Notes: a model not told the origin generated them from the letters alone. Positions 21,914 to 31,445 are shown, numbered from the stretch's first letter. The stretch is DNA of 64,000 nt from Alphaproteobacteria bacterium (GCA_963665325.3 OZ224045.1:832001-896000), one strand, 5' to 3'. A program made the numbers and translations.

Positions 21914-23074
21914 ATGGATGTGCTGGCGCCACGGGACGAGGCGGATCTCGAGGATGCGATCGCGGCGGCGGTCGCCGAGGGCTCGGCGCTCGCGGTCGAG
22001 GGCGAGGGCAGCAAGCGCGGCTTCGGCCATGCCGTCGAGGCCCGCCGCCGGCTCTCCACCGCGGCGATGCGCGGCGTCTCGCTCTACGAGCCGGCCGAAC
22101 TGGTGCTGACCGCCGGCGCCGGCACGCCGCTTCGCGAAATCCAGGGCCTGCTCGACCAGCAGGGCCAGCAGCTTGCCTTCGAACCGCCGGATTACGGCCT
22201 CATCCTCGGCGGTCCGGCGGGCCGGGGTACGATCGGCGGCGCGATCGCGATCAACGCCTCCGGGCCGCGCCGCATCAAGGCGGGCGCGGCGCGCGACCAC
22301 CTGCTCGGCTTCCGTGCCGTCAGCGGGCGGGGAGAGCCGTTCAAGTCCGGCGGGCGGGTGATGAAGAACGTCACCGGCTACGACCTCTGCAAGCTGATGG
22401 CCGGTTCGCACGGCACGCTCGGCGTCATGAGCGAGATGACCGTCAAGGTGCTCCCGAAGCCGGAAACCGAGGAGACGGTGGTCTTCGCCGGCCTCGACGA
22501 CGCGGCGGCGGTGGCGCTGATGACCGCGGCGTCGGGCCAGCCGGCGGAGGTCTCCGGCTTCGCCCACCTGCCGGAAGAGGGCGGGCGCACGGGGCTCAGG
22601 CTGGAGGGGCCGGCGGTCTCCGTCGCCTCCCGTCGCGAGGCCCTGCTCGGACATTTCGGCGGCGAGGCCGAGGTGCTGGAGGAGGCCGCCTCGCGGGCCT
22701 TTTGGGAAGCCGTGCGCGATGTGCGCCCGCTGGCGGGGCGGGGAGAGCAGCTCTGGCGGCTGTCCGTGGCCCCGGCTGACGGCGCGGCGACCGTGGCCCG
22801 GCTCGCGGAACGCGGCGTGCCGATTGCGGGCCGGCTCTATGACTGGGCGGGCGGCCTCGTCTGGCTGGCGGTTGAGGCCGGCCGCCACGGAAGCGCGATC
22901 CGGGAGGGGCTTGCCGGCCATGCCACATGCATCCGGGCGCCCGATGAGGTCCGTGCGGCCGACCCGGTCTTCCACCCGCAGCCGCCGGCGCTGGCGGCGC
23001 TCTCGCGGCGGGTGAAGGATAGTTTCGACCCGAAGCGCGTGCTCAATCCGGGCCGCATGGGCGAGGGCCTCTGA
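21914..23074 (+). CDS. glcE: Glycolate oxidase FAD-binding subunit GlcE
   Basis: YEPAELVL, GPRRIKAGAARD, GGRVMKNVTGYD, FDPKRVLNPG. Confidence 0.93.
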   Translation: MDVLAPRDEADLEDAIAAAVAEGSALAVEGEGSKRGFGHAVEARRRLSTAAMRGVSLYEPAELVLTAGAGTPLREIQGLLDQQGQQLAFEPPDYGLILGGPAGRGTIGGAIAINASGPRRIKAGAARDHLLGFRAVSGRGEPFKSGGRVMKNVTGYDLCKLMAGSHGTLGVMSEMTVKVLPKPETEETVVFAGLDDAAAVALMTAASGQPAEVSGFAHLPEEGGRTGLRLEGPAVSVASRREALLGHFGGEAEVLEEAASRAFWEAVRDVRPLAGRGEQLWRLSVAPADGAATVARLAERGVPIAGRLYDWAGGLVWLAVEAGRHGSAIREGLAGHATCIRAPDEVRAADPVFHPQPPALAALSRRVKDSFDPKRVLNPGRMGEGL

Positions 23075-24354
23075 TGCAGACGAATTTCAGCCTGGCCCAG
23101 CTTGCCGATCCCGATGTCGCGGCATCCGAGCAGATCCTCAGGCGCTGCGTGCATTGCGGCTTCTGCACCGCTACCTGCCCGACCTTCAAGCTGCTCGGCG
23201 ACGAGCTCGACAGCCCGCGCGGGCGCATCCACCTCATCAAGGAGATGCTGGAGAACGACCGCCCGGCCGATGCGCGCACCGTGCGCCATATCGACCGCTG
23301 CCTCTCCTGCCTCTCCTGCATGACGACCTGCCCGTCCAGCGTCCACTACATGCACCTGGTGGACCATGCGCGCGCGCATATCGAGGAGACCTTCGCGCGC
23401 CCGCTGCCGGAACGCTGGCTGCGCCGCCTGCTGGCCCTTGTGCTGCCGCGCCCGGCGCTGTTCCGCGCGGCCCTGCTGGGCGCGATGGCGGTCCGGCCCT
23501 TTGCGCGCTTCCTGCCGGGCAGGCTCGCCGCGATGGCCGCGATGGCGCCCGCGCGCCTGCCCTCGCCCTCGCCCGTGGACCGGCCACAGACCTTCCCGGC
23601 CGAGGGGGAGCGGCGGATGCGCGTGGCCCTGCTGACTGGCTGCGCCCAGACCGTGCTCGACCCCGCCATCAACGAGGCGACGGTGCGCCTGCTGACCCGC
23701 ATGGGCGCGGAGGTCGTCGTGGCCGAGGGTGCCGGCTGCTGCGGGGCGCTCGTCCACCATATGGGGCAGGCCGATGCGGGCAAGACCGCGGCGGCCGCGA
23801 ATGTTCGCGCCTGGATGCGCGCCCGGCCGGACCGCATCGTCGTCAATGCTTCGGGCTGCGGCACGCAGGTGAAGGACTATGGCTACATGCTGCGCGGCGA
23901 CAGGGCGCTTGCGGAGAATGCGGCCTGGGTCTCGGCGCGCACCCGCGACCTGACGGAAGTGCTGGACGAACTGGGCTTTGCGGAACGCGCAGCGGACGGC
24001 GCGGCCCCGCGCCTGCGCGTTGCCTACCACTCCGCCTGCTCGATGCAGCACGGCCAGAAGATCACGAGCCTCCCAATGCGCCTGCTGGAGGCCGCTGGCT
24101 TCGAGCCGCTTTCCGTGCCCGAAGGCCATATCTGCTGCGGGTCCGCCGGCACCTATAACCTGCTGCAACCGGAACTCGCCGCCCGCCTCCGCGACCGCAA
24201 GGCCGCGCACATCGAGAGCACGAGCCCGGACGCCGTGGCGGCGGGCAATATCGGCTGCATGGTCCAGATCGCTGGCGCCACAAACCTCCCCGTCCTGCAC
24301 ACAGCCCAACTTCTCGACTGGGCCACGGGCGGGCCGCGGCCGGCGGGGGTGTGA
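23074..24354 (+). CDS. glcF: Glycolate oxidase iron-sulfur subunit GlcF
   Basis: CVHCGFCTATCP, CLSCLSCMTTCP, CCG domains. Confidence 0.95.
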   Translation: MQTNFSLAQLADPDVAASEQILRRCVHCGFCTATCPTFKLLGDELDSPRGRIHLIKEMLENDRPADARTVRHIDRCLSCLSCMTTCPSSVHYMHLVDHARAHIEETFARPLPERWLRRLLALVLPRPALFRAALLGAMAVRPFARFLPGRLAAMAAMAPARLPSPSPVDRPQTFPAEGERRMRVALLTGCAQTVLDPAINEATVRLLTRMGAEVVVAEGAGCCGALVHHMGQADAGKTAAAANVRAWMRARPDRIVVNASGCGTQVKDYGYMLRGDRALAENAAWVSARTRDLTEVLDELGFAERAADGAAPRLRVAYHSACSMQHGQKITSLPMRLLEAAGFEPLSVPEGHICCGSAGTYNLLQPELAARLRDRKAAHIESTSPDAVAAGNIGCMVQIAGATNLPVLHTAQLLDWATGGPRPAGV

Positions 24355-24364
24355 GGGCTGAAGC

Positions 24365-25500
24365 CTACCGCGCCTCCAGGATCTCCAGCATGTCGCGCGC
24401 GCACCAGACGCGGTTGCGCTTCGCCGGGCCGGCGGGCTGGACGATGCCCGCCTCCTCCAGCCGGTCGAGGGCGCGGCGCGCGGTCGTGTAGGCGATGCCG
24501 AGCCGTTCCGAGAGGCCGCCCGCGGTCCAGAACGGGTGGCGCAGGAACAGCGGCAGCATGTCGTTCGCACGCCCGGACGCGGCCTCCCGCCAGCGTTCCA
24601 GCAGGGCCGCGATAGCCTCGATGCGCGCCACCGCGTCCTCCGCCTGGATGCGCACGCCCCGGAGGAAATATTCGACCCACTCCTCCACTCGCCTCTTTCG
24701 GTCACGGCGAGGAGGTGGCCGTAATAGGCATCGCGCGTGCTCTCGAACCATGCGCTCAGGCACAGCAGCGGCGCGGGCAGGACTCCGCGCGTCGCCAGCA
24801 GCAGGTCGATGAGCAGCCGGCCGGTGCGGCCGTTGCCGTCGAGGAAGGGATGGATGGCCTCGAACTGGGCATGCGCAAGCGCGGCATGGACCAGCGGCGG
24901 CAAGGTGTCGTCGTGGAGGAAGCGCTCCCAGGCGTCGAGGCACTTCATCAGCGCCTCGGGCGGCGGCGGCACATATGTGGCATCCGCCGGCGTGCTGCCG
25001 GGCGGGCCGATCCAGTTCCGGACACGCCTGAATTCCCCGGGCATGGCGCTGTCGCCGCGCACGCCGCGCATCAGGCGTTCGTGGAGTTCCCGGACGAGGC
25101 GCAGCGAAAGCGGCAGCGTCTCGAGGCGCGCGAGCCCGTATTCCATCGCGGCGACGCAGTTGGCGACCTCGTGCAGGTCGTCGGGGTCCGGTGCGGGCGC
25201 GGCGCCGGTCTCGGCTGCGAGTAGTTGCGCGAGCGTCGTCCGCGTGCCCTCGATCCGGCTCGACAGCACGGCCTCCCGTCGAAGGAAGAGGGCGGCAATG
25301 AGGTCCGCATGCGGCAGCCGCCGGCACTCTCCGGCCAGCCGGCCGACCGCGCGGTCCGCGTCCGAGAGCGCGGCGACGAGCGCGTTGTCCCAGGCGCGCG
25401 GCGGCGGCAGCGGGGCCGGTAGGAACGCGCGGACGCCGTCCGGTCCTACGACGGTGCGGCCATGCGGGCGCCTCTCGGGCCGGGTCGTTGGCATGGCCAT
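24365..25500 (-). pseudogene. Fic family protein (class II, with C-terminal HTH), frameshifted near 24685
   Basis: SSRIEG and HPFLDGNGRTGR lie in one frame; EEWVEYFLRGV and the HTH tail lie in another; one missing G (GAGTGG^AGGAGTGG) restores GEWEEWVEY. Confidence 0.85.
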
Positions 25501-25680
25501 ACCGCCGCCTCATTAAGAAAATGACAATTATCTCAGCTATCTTAGCGTAATTGCCTTGAAGTGAAAATCTCTGCAGCCTTTGTTTGCGGTGGCGAATCCA
25601 AAAGCAAAGCAGTTTTATCGAAACATGAATAGAACGAAAATAACATTGTCCGGCGCGCCGTCCTGGCCCGGAAGGGCCGC

Positions 25681-26037
25681 TCAGCCGGAATACCAGACGG
25701 AGTAGGCATTCGGCGCGAGCACGAAGGGGATGTGGTAGCGCCCGTCCGGGTCCGGCATCTCCAGGCGCATGACGACTTCGCGGATGAAGCGCGGGCCCCG
25801 GGGCGGCGGCGTCATCGCCGAGAAATACGCCCCGACATCCAGCACCATTTCATAGACGGCACCGGGTTTCAGGTCCTGCGGGTCGATCTCTTTCGTGAGC
25901 CGCCCGCCCTCGTCCGTCGCCTGCCGGAACAGTTCGGTGCGGCGGCCGTCGGCGTCGATGCGCGTGAGCGTGACGGGGATGCCGCCCGCATGGGTGCCGT
26001 CCACCGAGTTCAGCGTGTGTGTGGAGAGCGTGGCCAT
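25681..26037 (-). CDS. uraH: 5-hydroxyisourate hydrolase (transthyretin-like)
   Basis: LSTHTL, TDEGGR, YHIPFVLAPNAYS, C-terminal WYSG (canonical YRGS, so divergent). Confidence 0.8.
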   Translation of the reverse strand: MATLSTHTLNSVDGTHAGGIPVTLTRIDADGRRTELFRQATDEGGRLTKEIDPQDLKPGAVYEMVLDVGAYFSAMTPPPRGPRFIREVVMRLEMPDPDGRYHIPFVLAPNAYSVWYSG

Positions 26038-26040
26038 CGG

Positions 26041-27771
26041 CTACTCGATCGACGCCTTGTCGCGCCTGTCGGTGGTGGCGAGCACGATCGGGCTGATCAC
26101 GCCCTTCGCCTTGACGTTCAGGCAGGCGGGCTTGCCGCTGGCGAGCGCGCGTTCCAGCGCCGGGCCGAGCTGCTCGCGCGTCTCTACCAGTTCGCCGTGG
26201 CCGCCCATCCCCTCGAAGATGCCGTGGAACGGGATGTCGCGGAAATCCGTGGCGAAGTGGGTGCCGCTCTCGAAGAGCCGTTCCTGTTGCTGGGAGATGC
26301 AGTCGAGGCCGCCATTGTTGTCGATCACGACCACGATGGGGCAGTCCTCCTGGAACGCCGCCTCGATGCTGAGGCCGCCCGAAAGGAAGGCGCCGTCGCC
26401 GCTGATCAGCACGACATTGCTGTCGGGATGCGTGTTCTTCGCCGAGAGCGCGAGCGACACGCCGACGCCGAGCAGCGAATAGGACCCCGGATGCAGGACG
26501 CCGGCGAGCTTCTGGCCTTCCCACCCCGCGACATTCACCGCGATCTCCGACCAGAAGTGGGTGTTGCCGCCGTCGAAGACCAGCCAGTCCTTCTCTTTCA
26601 TGGTGCGGTTGACGTCGATGGCGAGCTGCAGCGGGTGCATCTTCTCGCCCCTGGCCGCTCCCGCCTCATTGTCGGCGTCGAGGTCCGCCAGCGTCTCTTC
26701 GACCCATTCGCCGCGCTTGACGCGGTTGAGCGCGAACCAGGCCTCGTCGAACGGGGCGAGCGTCATCAGGCTGTCGAAGAAGGCGCCCGGATCGCTGAGC
26801 AACACCTCATCGGCCGCCCGGTTCAGCTCCAGCTCTTCATGGCTGCCGTTCACGCAGACCAGTTCGCAGCTTTCCGGAAACATCGGCGGGTTGCCGAAAT
26901 TCATCTGGTTGTCCAGGCGCCCGCCGACCATGACCGCCACATCGCAGTTTTCCGCGGCGAAACAATAGGGCGGATACTGGTGCCGGTCCGCGAGCCCCAT
27001 ATAGGCCTCGCTCTCCTCGCCCAGCAATTTCTGGTGATAGGGCACATTGAAGACCGGGATGTTGAGGGCCCGCCCGGCTTCTTCCAGCTTCTCCTCGTTG
27101 CCCGACCACCACACGCCATGTCCGCCGATGAGGATCGGCCGGCGCGCCCCGGCAAGCCGCTTCATCAACGGATCGAGGTCGCGCGGATCGGGCCAGGCCC
27201 GCGGAACCGGTCGGCCGGCGCGGGAAAAGGGCCGCTCGTCCCGCCCGGCATCCTCGTCCACCGAGGAGAACATGATGTCGACCGGCAGGCTGAGATGAAC
27301 CGGACCCGGATAGCCGCTTGTCGCGATCTTCCAGGCGCGGTCCACGAACTCGCCGATCCGCGTGCCGTCGGTGATGCTTGCGGAATATTTGGTGAGCGGC
27401 CCGGCGATGGCGACATCGTCGATTTCCTTGAAGCCGCCCGCGCCCTGCCGCTTCAAAGTGCTGGAGCCGGTGATGAAGATGACCGGCGAGCGTTCGCCCC
27501 AGGCTTCCATGATCGCGGGCACCGCATTGGCGAAGCCCTCCGGCCCCACCAGGCAGACGGCCGGCTTGCGGGTGATGCGCGTGTGCCCGTCCGCCAGGTG
27601 CCCGGCGACCTGCTCGTGAGGGCAGTTCACCACCCGCATCTGGCATTCCATGAAGCCTTCGAGCGCGGGGTTGCAGAACCCGCCGGCGAGCGTGAAGACA
27701 TGCTCCACCCCCTTCTCGTGAAGCGCGCGCGCCAGAACATTGCCGCCCCGGAGGCGTCTGGTTTCGGTCAT
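26041..27771 (-). CDS. Thiamine pyrophosphate-binding enzyme (acetolactate synthase / 2-hydroxyacyl-CoA lyase family)
   Basis: HEQVAGHLADG, GPVHLSLPVD, SGDGAF..VVIDNN TPP motif. Confidence 0.85.
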   Translation of the reverse strand: MTETRRLRGGNVLARALHEKGVEHVFTLAGGFCNPALEGFMECQMRVVNCPHEQVAGHLADGHTRITRKPAVCLVGPEGFANAVPAIMEAWGERSPVIFITGSSTLKRQGAGGFKEIDDVAIAGPLTKYSASITDGTRIGEFVDRAWKIATSGYPGPVHLSLPVDIMFSSVDEDAGRDERPFSRAGRPVPRAWPDPRDLDPLMKRLAGARRPILIGGHGVWWSGNEEKLEEAGRALNIPVFNVPYHQKLLGEESEAYMGLADRHQYPPYCFAAENCDVAVMVGGRLDNQMNFGNPPMFPESCELVCVNGSHEELELNRAADEVLLSDPGAFFDSLMTLAPFDEAWFALNRVKRGEWVEETLADLDADNEAGAARGEKMHPLQLAIDVNRTMKEKDWLVFDGGNTHFWSEIAVNVAGWEGQKLAGVLHPGSYSLLGVGVSLALSAKNTHPDSNVVLISGDGAFLSGGLSIEAAFQEDCPIVVVIDNNGGLDCISQQQERLFESGTHFATDFRDIPFHGIFEGMGGHGELVETREQLGPALERALASGKPACLNVKAKGVISPIVLATTDRRDKASIE

Positions 27772-28024
27772 CCGACGATCCCCATACCGATCAAGGGCGC
27801 AGTATAGCCGGCCCGTAGAGAAGCGGGAGATACGCGCCGGGGCGGCGTTCCGGTCCGGCAATGCAAGGCAGGCCGGCCCGGGGGCCCACTCCAGCGGGGT
27901 GTCATGAAGTGTCATGTTTTGTCATGAGGCCCGCCGGAAATGTCATGCTTTGTCATGCGGTCCGCCGCGCAAGCGGGGGAGGCGGAAATGAGGTGCGGAA
28001 AGGACGGGCCGGCTCCATGGAAAA

Positions 28025-28060
28025 CCCCTCTCCCGATTGCGGGAGAGGATGGGAGAGGGC
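28025..28060. repeat. REP-like palindrome
   Basis: CCTCTCCCG-attg-CGGGAGAGG-atGGGAGAGGG; related copies at 28217-28249 and, degenerate, at about 34995-35017. Confidence 0.65.
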
Positions 28061-28098
28061 CTCACGGCGTGACGGGTCTTTGCCGGGCTTCGCCCGCC

Positions 28099-28195
28099 GC
28101 CGCACTGAACGCGGTGGACGATACGAATAGCGGCGTTGGCACGGCCGCGCTGAACGCGGCGGACGATGCGAATGGCGGCGTTGGCGCCGCCGCGC
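28099..28195. repeat. 45-bp tandem duplication (two imperfect copies plus a partial third)
   Basis: gccgcactgaacgcggtggacgatacgaatagcggcgttggcacg / gccgcgctgaacgcggcggacgatgcgaatggcggcgttggcgcc. Confidence 0.9.
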
Positions 28196-28216
28196 TTCCG
28201 CTGGCGCGGAAGCGGA

Positions 28217-28249
28217 CCCCCACCCGACCTCCCCCGCGAGCGGGGGAGG
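28217..28249. repeat. REP-like palindrome, opposite orientation to 28025-28060
   Basis: CCCCCACCCGA-CCTCCCCCGC-ga-GCGGGGGAGG. Confidence 0.65.
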
Positions 28250-28683
28250 CGGAAAGAGGGGCAGACGGCTCGCTGGCGGACAGCGTCCGGGACGACGACA
28301 GGGGCGTATTGCTTCATCGGTCCTCCTCCTTGTCCTTCCCGCCGCCGTCCTGCCTGCGGCGGGTCCCTGTTTCGCGCGTATCGCGCGCGGGCGGGGGCGC
28401 CCGTTGGCGCCGGCGCGGTTCGCGCACCTGATTGCGCGCGCGAGGCGACGGACGCACCTCTCCCGTGCGTTTCTCAGGGGGTTTTCGAAAATGACGCCGC
28501 CCGGCCGCACGACGCCGGAGAAGCGGCTCCGGATACCGCTTCTTCCGGCTTCATACTAGCATATTTTCCCTGATGTCAAGCAATTTTGCGAACAAAAAGT
28601 AAAAACACCAGAAATTTTTCAACTCGCAAAGGCGCTCAATCGACGACTCACACCAGCGGTCGTCGATCGGAACCTGTGCCGAC

Positions 28684-28811
28684 TGCCTCCGGACCGCGGT
28701 CAGAAGCGGTCGAACAGGGCTTGCAGCTCTTCGGGGTCGCGGGTGCGGACGGGGCCGAGCATGACGAGGACCCACGCCTTCCGGACGGTCTGGTTGTCGG
28801 CGAGTACCGTG
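28684..28811 (-). pseudogene. Diverged duplicate of the asparaginase 3' end (30434-30561)
   Basis: Colinear and ungapped at an offset of 1750 bp; encodes TVLADNQTVRKAWVLVMLGPVRTRDPEELQALFDRF* versus TVLADNLTVQKARILLMLGLARTKDPEELQAMFERF*. Confidence 0.9.
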
Positions 28812-29078
28812 TGCCGTCCAATCTGCCAAACGAATAGGGCACCTCGACGCATGGGAAGCGCTCCAGTGGGCCGAGTTTACCTTTCTCCAACCCCAACTGG
28901 CGAGCTAGGACCGTCGCACACCGGCGACCCGTCGGTCTTGTAGAGACTATCCGACGAGGTATCCATTGAGACACTTTCCTCCTCATCACCCACAGACATA
29001 ATTCTCCAATCAGAATCTCCGCTACGCCGCAAGGGACTCCCGGCGCCTGCATCGTGTCTATGTCCACTCTCCATTGTT

Positions 29079-30269
29079 TCACTCGACCAGTGGCTCCTCA
29101 TCATAGGGGCAGTAATCTTCCGGTTCAAAGACGTCGATCTCGCCGAGATCAATGTAATAATCTTTAGTGCTGACCTCGACATCTACAAGCGTGATATCTT
29201 CTCTTCCGGTACCTTGGCCTTGGACATCGATCACGATGATCACCTCGGTATCTATGTCTTCTCTAACCTCAATCGTCCGTCCTCCCATAGGTATCGACTC
29301 TTTATCAACTCCGTCCCAAAACGAAAAGTTTACTTCAACTGGTATTTTCACAATTAATACTAACGGCAAGCTTACAACCAGTCCAAGCTCTTCCCCATTC
29401 TCTCGGGGCTCTACTTCGATAATGTCTATCTCATCTTCAAGTGGCAAAGCAACGCTCTCAAGCTCTCCCGCCCAAGCATACAATTCGCATCCGCCCATGG
29501 ACGGAGTGGCATTTGCGTCGAATTCTATGACCTCCACCTTGCTGGTCAAATGCGACATTAAATCCGAGGTTCCATCGACTTCCCCCTCCAACCAATCAAA
29601 AACAGATCTCCTTAAAATCGGCGGCGCATTAGCCACAAGAGCAAGCGCCCGTTCGATGTTCGGCACCAGATAAAGTCGCTCTGAGTTCTTACAAAAAGCA
29701 CTCCAATCACCATCCTTCGAGACAACTAAGATACCGATGTCATGATCCGTCGCCGTTCGTTCTAGTGCGTTGAGAGCGAGTGCATCTGGAAATTCTGTCT
29801 TCTTCTTGCCGGCCCCGAATGGTGCTCGCTTGGCAAAGTAATCTTCGAAAAGCGTCGCGGTATCTACAAGCTCTCTATCGTTCAATATCTCGCATCCTGT
29901 ATCTTTTACGTATACGCTAAATTGCTCCTGCGCCGCTTGGGTTGGATTACGGCCCTTGGTTATCTTGTCCAAGAGTTGATCTCTAGTAGGGTCCTTAGTT
30001 TCAAATACATGAAGCGCTTGACCAATTGCCTTTTTTGCCGACCTCAACGCTTGCGAAGCAGCGTCGTCGAGGTGCCCAATTACTTCTCTAGCGACAGTGT
30101 CAGCCAGCATAAAGCGGAATCCATGACCGCTTAGACGAGCGAGAGATCGAAGCGTTACCGAGTTAAGGTGTAGCTGCTTTTCATCAAATATGTTCGTATC
30201 TATCGTAAGGGCATTAACCTCGCCTGCGGAAAGTGCCGCGCGGAGTCCATCGTCATCAAGTATTGGCAT
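29079..30269 (-). CDS. PIN-domain protein (DUF4935/PIN-like), AT-rich, probably acquired horizontally
   Basis: TIDTNIFD, VAREV, PFG..KKTEFPDALAL, VVSKDGDW acidic tetrad; long acidic C-terminal domain. Confidence 0.8.
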   Translation of the reverse strand: MPILDDDGLRAALSAGEVNALTIDTNIFDEKQLHLNSVTLRSLARLSGHGFRFMLADTVAREVIGHLDDAASQALRSAKKAIGQALHVFETKDPTRDQLLDKITKGRNPTQAAQEQFSVYVKDTGCEILNDRELVDTATLFEDYFAKRAPFGAGKKKTEFPDALALNALERTATDHDIGILVVSKDGDWSAFCKNSERLYLVPNIERALALVANAPPILRRSVFDWLEGEVDGTSDLMSHLTSKVEVIEFDANATPSMGGCELYAWAGELESVALPLEDEIDIIEVEPRENGEELGLVVSLPLVLIVKIPVEVNFSFWDGVDKESIPMGGRTIEVREDIDTEVIIVIDVQGQGTGREDITLVDVEVSTKDYYIDLGEIDVFEPEDYCPYDEEPLVE

Positions 30270-30449
30270 GTGAGTGGCTCACCGCTTGAAGTTTAGCCGG
30301 CAATCAAGATGCAGAGGTCATCCGAAGACAACCTAAGCTAAACGTTTTCGGCCACCGGGTGACTGTCGACTAATTCAGTCATCCTCGTTCGGATGTTTGG
30401 GCTTAACGATTTGGCGCTTCCGGCCCAAGACGATGCCTCCGGACCGCCC

Positions 30450-31445
30450 TCAGAAGCGCTCGAACATTGCCTGCAGCTCTTCGGGGTCCTTTGTGCGGGC
30501 GAGGCCGAGCATGAGGAGGATGCGGGCCTTCTGGACGGTCAGGTTGTCGGCCAGCACCGTGCCCTTGGGCCGGCGGTGCTCCAGCGGCACGAGGCGTCCG
30601 GCGCCGGCGCGCGTGCCCATGACGAAGGTGACGCCGCGCGCCATCACCTCTTCCATCACCTCATGTTCCTCGGGCGTCGGGTTGCCGGGGGCGAGCGCCG
30701 CCATGACGATGCCCTCCGCGCCGATATCCGCCATCGCCCGCAGGATCGCGCCGTCCGAGCCGCCATAGGAATAGGCGATCTCGACGCGCGGGAAGCGCGC
30801 CGGCAGGCCGAGTTCGCGCGCGGCCGCCGGCGCATGGACCCGCACCGGCCGGCGGTAGATCGCGATCCGGTCCTCGTCGGCATGGCCGAGCACGCCGAAA
30901 TCGGGCGCCTTGAAGGTCTGCGCGCGGCCGCTGTGCGTCTTGGTGACCTCGCGCGCGGCGTGGATTTCGTCGTTGAGCAGGGTCAGAACGCCCATGCCGC
31001 GCGCTTCCGGCGCGCCGGCGACGCGCACCGCGTTCAGGAGGTTGAGGAAGGCGTCGGTCGAGAGCCCCGAGGCCGGGCGCTGCGCGCCCACCAGCACGAT
31101 CGTCTTTTCCGTCTCGACCGTGAGATTGAGGAAATAGGCGGTCTCCTCCAGAGTCGCGGTGCCATGCGTGATGGCGATGCCGTCCACTTCCGGGCGCGCG
31201 GCGGTCTCGTGGACGACGGCGAGCAGGTCCGGCCAGACGGCCGGGCCCATCGCGGTCGACGGGATGGCGCGGAACGGCACCGGTACGACGTCCGCAACCC
31301 GGTCGAGCTCCGGCACCTTGGCGATCAGGTCCCCGACCTCCATCACCGTGGCGTGGTCCACATAGGTGGCGAGTTCGAGGCTGTGGTGCCCCAGGGAGGA
31401 GATCGTGCCGCCGGTGCCGATCACCGCGACGGTCGGGCGCGCCAT
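30450..31445 (-). CDS. Asparaginase family protein
   Basis: VIGTGGTIS, ITHGTATLEETAY, VGAQRP, AREVTKT, DNLTVQKARILL. Confidence 0.92.
   Translation of the reverse strand: MARPTVAVIGTGGTISSLGHHSLELATYVDHATVMEVGDLIAKVPELDRVADVVPVPFRAIPSTAMGPAVWPDLLAVVHETAARPEVDGIAITHGTATLEETAYFLNLTVETEKTIVLVGAQRPASGLSTDAFLNLLNAVRVAGAPEARGMGVLTLLNDEIHAAREVTKTHSGRAQTFKAPDFGVLGHADEDRIAIYRRPVRVHAPAAARELGLPARFPRVEIAYSYGGSDGAILRAMADIGAEGIVMAALAPGNPTPEEHEVMEEVMARGVTFVMGTRAGAGRLVPLEHRRPKGTVLADNLTVQKARILLMLGLARTKDPEELQAMFERF

Larger units (their letters stand above)
27901..28579 (-). repeat. Dispersed structured element, copy 2 (inverted relative to copy 1)
   Basis: TTGACA (28579-28574), conserved core 28479-28315, AGGAGGA then ATG at 28317; GTCATG at 27901, 27911, 27921, 27942 and 27952. 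Confidence 0.85.

Noticed and set aside
22837-25500. 887-aa Fic fusion protein
   Set aside because: Artefact of the frameshift; the C-terminal part is antisense to glcF and glcE.
27857-27885. GGCA..GCAAGGCAGGC..GCCCGG similarity to 16743-16768
   Set aside because: Short, GC-rich and in the opposite orientation relative to the CATGAC repeats; may be chance, so it was not used to define the element.
28648-29082. 144-aa ORF downstream of the PIN gene
   Set aside because: No recognisable motif, and it runs out of frame through the asparaginase duplicate; cannot be supported as a gene.
30291-30342. Integron attC site beside the PIN gene (GTTTAGC..GCTAAAC)
   Set aside because: The arms are in the reverse order to RYYYAAC..GTTRRRY, there is a single occurrence, and no integrase is present.
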